Below, piece after piece: positions 35,605 to 42,482 of a stretch of 45,733 nucleotides of DNA. Origin of the DNA: Thermoplasmatales archaeon ex4484_6 (GTDB lineage Archaea > Thermoplasmatota > Penumbrarchaeia > Penumbrarchaeales > Penumbrarchaeaceae). The translations under genes and the position numbers were made by a program. Positions within the stretch are counted from its first letter, which is position 1; each line of letters starts with the position of its first letter. The notes beneath the pieces are model-generated. The model had not been told where the DNA came from. It was given only the letters and a program-made list of their open reading frames with translations, and made no database searches. The stretch covers positions 1-45,733 of the forward strand of contig NJDO01000001.1 of the NCBI GenBank assembly GCA_002254385.1, given 5' to 3'.

Positions 35605-36618
35605 TTACTGGATTCCCAATGCCTTGTTTGTTTTTTCTATGGATTCCATGTTGTCCTCGGTGATCCTGAACATTGCCCTGATGCAGTCGATGTTCTCCGG
35701 AACAACGTCGGATTCCTGGTGAATGGCCTGATAATAGTATAGATGATCTCCGACGACATGCACTCCATCCTTCCAGACGATTATCTCGTTCAGATCCGAT
35801 CTTTCCCTGAGAAGGTCCCTTGCCATCTCCATTATCTGGGCCGTGGATTCGATGCCTTCTCCCCCGTTCACGAATCTCACCCTGGGGGTTTCTTCCCATA
35901 TGGAAAGGACCTCCTCCGTGGAGGACTCCCTCTTCAACCTGACGACGATCGAATGCAGATGCATGAGGGTTGTGGGAACCGCAACGGCCATCGTGTCGAT
36001 GTCGATGCCGTGAATGACTGTCTTCAGGTCAGGGCCGTGATGCGATGGTACCTTGAGGACGGGGACTATGGCGTTCACGGGCCCCTTCTTCGAATTGTTC
36101 GGGTCCGGCCCCCTTCTGACCATGGTGGCGTAGACCTTATCGATCCCGATCCTGTCGAAGATGGGATAGAGCGTCCTTGTCAATCCCGTTGTATTGCAGG
36201 ATACCACCCTCGTGTGGTCGACACCCAGATTCTCGCTGTAATTGGAGAGGGCGTTGAAGGACATGCCGATCATCCCGTGTTTCTCCCCTCCCTGGAATAT
36301 CGATTTCACACCGGCCTTCCTGTATGTTTCCAGATGCTCCGCTCCCTTCTTTCCGGGGGTGCAGTCCACGACGACATCGCATTTGCCGAGAAGATCGCTC
36401 AGCGTCCCCTTGATGGGAATCCCCGTATCCTCGAACCTCTTCAGGTTCTCATCGATGGCGCAGTAGAGATCATAACCCTTGTCGATGGCCATTCCAGCCT
36501 CGTAGGTGGGTCTTGTCTTTGTCACTCCCACGATCTCCATATCATCCTGCTTCGATACGGCATCCGCAACCCTTTTTCCGATCGTACCATACCCGTTGAC
36601 AGCAACCTTGATGGTCAA
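35605..36618 (-). CDS. gap: Glyceraldehyde-3-phosphate dehydrogenase, archaeal class II
   Basis: 'IKVAVNGYGTIGKRVADAV', 'VVSCNTTGL' (the catalytic Cys) and 'PSHHGPD'. TTG at 36618 is the only possible start: my hand check found no in-frame ATG or GTG between it and the upstream stop. GGTGAT lies just upstream. Confidence 0.95.
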   Translation of the reverse strand: MTIKVAVNGYGTIGKRVADAVSKQDDMEIVGVTKTRPTYEAGMAIDKGYDLYCAIDENLKRFEDTGIPIKGTLSDLLGKCDVVVDCTPGKKGAEHLETYRKAGVKSIFQGGEKHGMIGMSFNALSNYSENLGVDHTRVVSCNTTGLTRTLYPIFDRIGIDKVYATMVRRGPDPNNSKKGPVNAIVPVLKVPSHHGPDLKTVIHGIDIDTMAVAVPTTLMHLHSIVVRLKRESSTEEVLSIWEETPRVRFVNGGEGIESTAQIMEMARDLLRERSDLNEIIVWKDGVHVVGDHLYYYQAIHQESDVVPENIDCIRAMFRITEDNMESIEKTNKALGIQ

Positions 36619-36786
36619 TTCATCACCACTTACCCTTATTCGGGACCCCGATATAAACGTATTCCAGGCGGGGTGAGGAGACCGATCTCACTTTGAGCGG
36701 ATCCATGACGGATGCGGCATGGGAACCCGCCGGGAACATCCGTGAGGCAAGAAAGCTTTATCCGGGGAAGGGTTCATGTAAGGAGG
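36619..36786. promoter_or_regulatory. Divergent promoter region (gap / Ig-like surface protein)
   Basis: GTTTATAT on the minus strand (36651-36658) lies 33-40 nt from the TTG at 36618. GCTTTATC (36755-36762) lies 25-32 nt from the ATG at 36787. Confidence 0.4.
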
Positions 36787-38001
36787 ATGACACGTTCTCC
36801 CGTTCGGCGGTCCGGAAGCAGTGTTCGCATTACGATAACCGTGTCCTTCCTCCTCGCCGTCCTCGCTTCTGTCCTGTTCCTTTGCACATCCCCCTCGGAA
36901 GGTCATGCTCCGTCGGACATGGAGCTCGAGTACGATTACGGGTCCCAGGTGCTCTCCGTTACCATCACTCACACTACACCCGCACCTTCCTCGCATTACG
37001 TGGAAACGGTGGACGTCTACCGGAACGACATCCTCGTTCTGGAAGAGCATTACGACAGTCAGCCGGATCCCAGGACGTTCACCTACGAGTACGAGGTGAC
37101 CGCGGTCGACGGGGACATTCTCAGGGTTCATGCAGAATGCAGCATTCAGGGGTCCATCGAGGATGAGATAACCGTTGAAGGACCCAGGGAATACATGTAT
37201 CTCTCCGTCAATCCCACCCCGGAGGAGGTGGAGATGGGTTCCGAACTCGATCTGACCGTCAACATCTACACCGAAGAGGATGACATGCCCCTGGATGGCG
37301 TATCCGTCATCCCCCGGGTGGATTTGGGCCTTGTTTCAGAGGTTTCCGAACTGGGCCTCGGGGGGTACGCTTTCACATATTCGGCTCCGGATCTGGAGTC
37401 GGAGGATATAGAGGTCCTTAACCTCTCATGCACGAAGAACGGTTACCATCCCCTCTATTTCGAAATATCGTTCGATCTGGTCCTTTCGATCGATGATTCG
37501 AGAAAGATAGAGATAGCAATGGACCCCTGGATCTACGGCATCGATGAGGGAGAGACGAGGGAGATCAACGTCGTGGTGACTGCAGGAGGCGAACCTCTGG
37601 ACATAGGAACGCTGGATGTGGATTATTCCAAGGGCTCCCTCGATGTTGAGAAGATCGGTGTGGGGATGTTCAGATTGACCTACGAGGCCGCTCATGTGGA
37701 TGCCGATACCTCGGCCTTCATCAGGGTCTCTGCATCAATGATTGGTTACAGGTCCGACGAGAGAAGAATGGAGTTCGTCATCAGGGACACGGGCAGCACC
37801 GGGGAGGAACCTGCGGATGGCGGGGGTCCGGCCCCTTACACATGGGGGTTGGTCGCTTTGGCGGCCGGAGCCATACTGGTCACGGCATCCCTGGTATTCC
37901 TGATATATTCAAAAAGGAAGGGCAGAGGGCCGCCCGGTGAGAAGAGAGGAGGACGTGTCTATGAGGCTGTCGAGGTGGAGGAGGTCCAGGAAGACTCCTG
38001 A
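36787..38001 (+). CDS. Secreted, TM-anchored Ig-like-domain protein of unknown function
   Basis: The ATG at 36787 lies about 27 nt downstream of the TATA-like GCTTTATC. Signal peptide 'MTRSPVRRSGSSVRITITVSFLLAVLASVLFLCTSPSEG'. Beta-rich repeats. C-terminal TM 'WGLVALAAGAILVTASLVFLIY' followed by 'SKRKGRG...VEVEEVQEDS'. Confidence 0.7.
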   Translation: MTRSPVRRSGSSVRITITVSFLLAVLASVLFLCTSPSEGHAPSDMELEYDYGSQVLSVTITHTTPAPSSHYVETVDVYRNDILVLEEHYDSQPDPRTFTYEYEVTAVDGDILRVHAECSIQGSIEDEITVEGPREYMYLSVNPTPEEVEMGSELDLTVNIYTEEDDMPLDGVSVIPRVDLGLVSEVSELGLGGYAFTYSAPDLESEDIEVLNLSCTKNGYHPLYFEISFDLVLSIDDSRKIEIAMDPWIYGIDEGETREINVVVTAGGEPLDIGTLDVDYSKGSLDVEKIGVGMFRLTYEAAHVDADTSAFIRVSASMIGYRSDERRMEFVIRDTGSTGEEPADGGGPAPYTWGLVALAAGAILVTASLVFLIYSKRKGRGPPGEKRGGRVYEAVEVEEVQEDS

Positions 38002-38075
38002 AGGATTGATCATGCAGAATATCAGCAAAGGATTAAATCGGAGATGTACGGATGTACAGATATGTGCCGTCAGGA

Positions 38076-38082
38076 GGAGGTG
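38076..38082 (+). promoter_or_regulatory. Shine-Dalgarno GGAGGTG for the 38092 giant gene
   Basis: 9-nt spacing to the ATG. A TATA-like ATTAAATC sits at 38032-38039. Confidence 0.55.
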
Positions 38083-38091
38083 TGAGAGCGG

Positions 38092-41000
38092 ATGAGAGTT
38101 CTTTCCATGATGCCAGTGGCCCTTGTCCTCGTTCTCATGTCTCAGAGCACTCTCTCCCTGGGAATTGAGAGATCCCCGGCCGTGGAGGCTCCCCTGTCCG
38201 TATGCTTCGATAATTCCCCGCTCGTGGTGGAAGAGGTCCCGATACAGATAAACAGCGACGTGGAACTCTCTGATGAGGCTTCGGAGAGAGGATGGCGCGG
38301 GAAGGGGACGGTTGACGACCCGTACATCATCAGCAACATCACCCTGGATGTCAGGGGGAAGAACAGGGGTGTGTTCATAGGGAACACAACATCCCACATT
38401 CTTGTTCTGAACTGCTCGATCACGGGTGTGCGGGATGAGGAGCAGTACAAGGGTGCAGGTCTGTGGCTGGTGAATGTTTCACATGTTACAGTGCAAAACT
38501 GCACGGTCTTCGGAAATTACAATGGTATATTTGTGGAGGATTCCAACAACGTCACATTGACCCTTTCCACGATCAGAAACAACACCCGGATAGGAATATC
38601 TTTCGGGGGCCGTGACATCTCGATATCGAACAACAGCATATCCGGAAATCCGGAGGCGGGAATTACATCCATCGCATCCAGGCGGTGCACCATATCCGGA
38701 AATCTCGTATCGGGGTCCGGTTCCGGGTTCGGGGTGATCCTCTATGTCAAGGTATCGGAGATGGAGATATCCAACAATACGGTTTTTCGAAATGCGGGAG
38801 GCATCTGCGTCAGGGGAGATATCGACCTCGAGAACGGGACCTGTGCCATGATATCGAAGAACACCGTGGTGAACAACAGCGGTATGGGAATCTATTCGAC
38901 CTATGCCGAAAGGGTGTTCATCGACGGGAACATCGTCTCCGGGAATGACAAGGGTATAGTCACAGACATCATGGGCTCCGTAACTTCCAATACGGTGTCC
39001 AATTCCACCTCGGTCGGCATATCCGGGGGAGAGAAAACCAGAATTATCCTTAATCGGGTCTTCGGTGTGGGTGGTCCCGGTATCAGTATTTTCGGGAGGT
39101 ATAATGAGGTCCTGTATAATGTGATCACGAACTGCTCCGGCAGCGGCATCAGGGCGATGGCAGGGAGCTCGAACGTGGATTTCAACGTGATATCCACGTG
39201 CGGCGGGAACGGCATCTACGTGGAATCCCGGAACGTATCCCTCTCCGGGAACCTGATGACCGGATGCCGCGGATGCGGTCTCAGCCTGTCAGGTATCGGT
39301 CACCATACCGACGGGAACGTGATCTCGGAAAACGGCGGCCCCGGGATCCATCTCATATCGGGGAATGACATCGTCCTTGAAGCCGATCATGTTTTCGAGA
39401 ACAGGGGGAAGGGGCTTTCCGTCGTTGACGCTTCCAATCTCACACTGCGCCGCGTGGACCTGCATGACAATGACGGGGCCGGGATACATGTCGTGAACGC
39501 ATCCCGGGTGGAATTCGATAACGTGTCCAGTTCCTTCAATACGGGTTCAGGCATCATCGTTGGCAACGGCACCGATGTAACATTTCGGGGATGCAGGATA
39601 TTCTCATCCGGGAACGGCATAATGGTCGGAACCGGGGGGGATCTGAATATTTTTGGTTGTTTCTTTTTCGACCTCGAGGCGGGACTCGTGATCACCCGGG
39701 CTTCCTCGCTCGAGATGTCGAGGAACATGTTCCAGGGCTGCGGTGTATACATTTCAAGTGAGAATCTCTCCTTCCTGGAAAGTGCCAGGGTTGACGGAAC
39801 GAACCTCGTGAACGGCAGGAAGCTCTATCTCGTGAACAGCTCCTATCCCGATGACAGCATTCCCGTCGATGCCGGGCAGGTCATAGTTTTCGGAAGAAGC
39901 GGCATCATGATGGAAGGATTGAACCTTTCCCATTCCACCGTGGGTCTCATGAACGCGGGTGGAAACAACATAACGGTCCGGAACAGCTCGTTCGACCGCA
40001 ACCTCGTCGGAGTGCATTTCAGCGATGTCGGCGGTTTTCGGATCCGGGGATGCAGCTTTGTCCGGACGGGGATCGGTATGGAGACCACGGATTCCCGTAA
40101 TGGTCTGGTGGAGAGATGTTCCTTCAGGGAAGGGGAGGGTCCATCGCTCATCCTCGGGAACGCGACCCGAAATGTCGAGGTTCGCCGGAACCTGTTCCTC
40201 GGTTCCGTCGGCATCACGAGTTATGCCGTGTGGGCCGGAGGAGAGAACAATGTCATCTGGAACAATCAGTTCGTATACAACAGGGGTACGCGGGATGAGA
40301 ACGTGGAGTATCTTCATCAGTCCTATGATGAGGGGAACAACACCTGGTACCTGAACGGGACCGGTAACTACTGGAGGGATCTACATTGTCCGGATATCGA
40401 CGGGGACGGGCTGGTTGAAGCTGTCTATGCTATCGAAGGGCCCGAGATGAGATGGGACCTCTACCCCCTGTCGAGAAGTCCGCTGTTCGAACCTCCGTCA
40501 TTGAGGGTTCAGCCGCTGTCGGATTCCGGATCCGTGCTCCTGTCCTGGGAGAAGCCTGATCTCGAGGGATGGGCGGAGCTCAGGGGATACGGAATATACC
40601 GGATTGTGAACTTCTCCGATCCAGAGCTCATCTTCATCCCGGGGGGCGATTCGACGTCCTATCTGGATGATGAGGTGGAACCCGGGGTGACCTACGGATA
40701 TTCAATCTTTGCAAACAACAGTCTGGTAACTGGTGATAGATCTACTTACATCTCGGTCATGCTGGATACGTTTCCCCCCGATGTGCGGGTCATCTCCCCG
40801 GGTGACGGTGTGGTCATCGGTTCCGACACGGTTCTGGTGGAATGGGTGGGTTTCGACAACGAGAGCGACATCGATCATTACGAGCTGAGATTGGACTTCG
40901 GGGAGTGGTTGAGCAAGGGTCTCCTGACCGAGCATCGGTTCTTCGATCTCGGCGAGGGGATGCACACCATCGAACTGAGGGCCACCGATACGGCGGGACA

Positions 41001-42477
41001 TATCGGCCTGGCGGAATCGAGATTTATCGTGGACATGTCCCCCCCGGCACTTTCGATAATCGAACCGGTGGAGGGACAGCTGCTCTCCTCCAACTGGACC
41101 GAGGTAAGGTGGAATGCCCTTGACGACATCTCCGCCGTGGATCACATCGAATACGATCTGGATGAAAGGGGCCCCGTACCGGCAACCGCCGCGGGGTCGG
41201 TGATGCTCACCGGGCTCTCCGAGGGTCCTCACGAGGTGGAGGTGACCGCCTATGACCTTGCCTCCAATTCAGTCAGCCTGCGTGTAGGTTTCATCGTGGA
41301 TACGGTATCCCCCGTGGTCGAGGTGACGTCACCCGCCGGGGGGGAGATTCTCGGCGTATCCGATGTCATCGTATCCTGGAATGGTTACGATACGGGCACT
41401 GGAATGTTCGGATACCGCTTCAGGCTGGACGATCAGGGATGGATAGATGTGGGTCTTTCACTGGAAAGGAGGCTGTATCAGCTGGACAACGGCCCCCATG
41501 TTGTGAGGATAGCGGCGGTTGACCTTGCCGGGAATACGAACGAGTCCCGGCTTCGGTTCATGATAGACGCACAACCCCCGGTGGTGGTCATCACCTATCC
41601 TGCCGACGGTTCCCATGTTTCCGTTTCCCCTGTCACGGTTATCTGGACCGTGGAGGATGACATCTCCGGGATCAGCGGAGTCTACTTCAGGAAGGGGGAT
41701 GACGATTACGTGAAGGTCGCCTCCGACCGCTATATAATGTCGGGCCTCGGAGAGGGGCGCCATACCATCTATCTGAAAGTGGAGGACGGTGCCGGGAACC
41801 GCAAAGTGGTCTCATCGACATTCACTGTCGATAGGACACCTCCGGGGGTCCTTGGTTTCGGTCCGGTGGGAGAGGACGAGGATATCGATACGACAATCTT
41901 TGCCTACTTCTCGGAGAGGATGGCCCCCTCGAGTCTTGTTCTTGAATTGGAAGGCGTACAGGGAAATGTGGTCTGGAAGGGGGGCAGGGTGGTGTTCGAA
42001 CCTGCAGCTCCCCTCGAACCGGGCAGGGTCTACAACGTGAGCCTCAGGGGACAGGACCTTGCGGGGAATCCCCTGACACCGGTGACATGGAGCTTCAGGA
42101 CCACAACGATGGGGAGGATAAAGGGCAGGGCCGTCGATGAGAGAGGAGTCCCCGTACCCGATGCGGAGCTGATAATGGGAGATGCAAGGGCATCCTCCCG
42201 GCCCGACGGCAGTTTTTTCATGGAGGCCGGTGAAGGAATACACGAGCTGAAGGTGAAGAAGGGCGGTTACAAAACGGCTTCGCTCGAGGTGAACGTCACT
42301 GCGGGCATTCTGATCGACATCGGAACGGTTCACATGGAAAGGGAGGATGACCGCGGAGTGAACCTTCTTGCCATTCTCCTGGTACCTGCAGCCATACTGA
42401 TGATGGTATTGATAGCGGCCGTCATGGGCTCGCTGATAACCAGATACACGATGAACCCGGAGCAGGAGGAAGAGTGA
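38092..42477 (+). CDS. Giant surface protein, paralogue of 1428-4826: beta-helix (NosD/PbH1), Fn3-like domain, 4+1 Ig-like modules, CarboxypepD_reg-like domain, TM anchor
   Basis: 1461 aa. The SD GGAGGTG (38076-38082) lies 9 nt upstream of the ATG. Signal peptide 'MRVLSMMPVALVLVLMSQSTLSLG'. 'GTVDDPYIISNITLD' parallels 'GSPDSPYIIENLDID' in the paralogue, and 'GNYWRDLHCPDIDGDGLVEAVY' parallels 'GNHWSDWTSPDEDLDGIVDLPY'. 'GRIKGRAVDERGVPVPDAEL' is CarboxypepD_reg-like. TM 'LLAILLVPAAILMMVLIAAVMGSLI' followed by 'TRYTMNPEQEEE'. Confidence 0.85.
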   Translation: MRVLSMMPVALVLVLMSQSTLSLGIERSPAVEAPLSVCFDNSPLVVEEVPIQINSDVELSDEASERGWRGKGTVDDPYIISNITLDVRGKNRGVFIGNTTSHILVLNCSITGVRDEEQYKGAGLWLVNVSHVTVQNCTVFGNYNGIFVEDSNNVTLTLSTIRNNTRIGISFGGRDISISNNSISGNPEAGITSIASRRCTISGNLVSGSGSGFGVILYVKVSEMEISNNTVFRNAGGICVRGDIDLENGTCAMISKNTVVNNSGMGIYSTYAERVFIDGNIVSGNDKGIVTDIMGSVTSNTVSNSTSVGISGGEKTRIILNRVFGVGGPGISIFGRYNEVLYNVITNCSGSGIRAMAGSSNVDFNVISTCGGNGIYVESRNVSLSGNLMTGCRGCGLSLSGIGHHTDGNVISENGGPGIHLISGNDIVLEADHVFENRGKGLSVVDASNLTLRRVDLHDNDGAGIHVVNASRVEFDNVSSSFNTGSGIIVGNGTDVTFRGCRIFSSGNGIMVGTGGDLNIFGCFFFDLEAGLVITRASSLEMSRNMFQGCGVYISSENLSFLESARVDGTNLVNGRKLYLVNSSYPDDSIPVDAGQVIVFGRSGIMMEGLNLSHSTVGLMNAGGNNITVRNSSFDRNLVGVHFSDVGGFRIRGCSFVRTGIGMETTDSRNGLVERCSFREGEGPSLILGNATRNVEVRRNLFLGSVGITSYAVWAGGENNVIWNNQFVYNRGTRDENVEYLHQSYDEGNNTWYLNGTGNYWRDLHCPDIDGDGLVEAVYAIEGPEMRWDLYPLSRSPLFEPPSLRVQPLSDSGSVLLSWEKPDLEGWAELRGYGIYRIVNFSDPELIFIPGGDSTSYLDDEVEPGVTYGYSIFANNSLVTGDRSTYISVMLDTFPPDVRVISPGDGVVIGSDTVLVEWVGFDNESDIDHYELRLDFGEWLSKGLLTEHRFFDLGEGMHTIELRATDTAGHIGLAESRFIVDMSPPALSIIEPVEGQLLSSNWTEVRWNALDDISAVDHIEYDLDERGPVPATAAGSVMLTGLSEGPHEVEVTAYDLASNSVSLRVGFIVDTVSPVVEVTSPAGGEILGVSDVIVSWNGYDTGTGMFGYRFRLDDQGWIDVGLSLERRLYQLDNGPHVVRIAAVDLAGNTNESRLRFMIDAQPPVVVITYPADGSHVSVSPVTVIWTVEDDISGISGVYFRKGDDDYVKVASDRYIMSGLGEGRHTIYLKVEDGAGNRKVVSSTFTVDRTPPGVLGFGPVGEDEDIDTTIFAYFSERMAPSSLVLELEGVQGNVVWKGGRVVFEPAAPLEPGRVYNVSLRGQDLAGNPLTPVTWSFRTTTMGRIKGRAVDERGVPVPDAELIMGDARASSRPDGSFFMEAGEGIHELKVKKGGYKTASLEVNVTAGILIDIGTVHMEREDDRGVNLLAILLVPAAILMMVLIAAVMGSLITRYTMNPEQEEE
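40768..41832 (+). repeat. Four tandem ~88-89-aa Ig-like modules (coding repeats), followed by a fifth divergent SbsA-like module extending to about 42102
   Basis: Residues 893-981, 982-1070, 1071-1159 and 1160-1247 each start x-x-P-P-x-V/L and end F-I/M/T-V/I-D. They share the internal pattern of the three modules at 3600-4397. Confidence 0.7.
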
Positions 42478-42482
42478 TCGTC

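Noticed and set aside
36880-37060. The N-terminal domain of the 36787 protein ('GHAPSD..LEYDY....L.V.ITHTT....SHYVE.VDVY') superficially resembles the His-ligand pattern of neelaredoxin/desulfoferrodoxin iron sites.
   Set aside because: This is a pattern-level resemblance only. The Cys/His ligands of the C-terminal half of that fold are not evident, and the domain is predicted to be extracellular. Without a profile search or structure prediction this is most likely coincidence.
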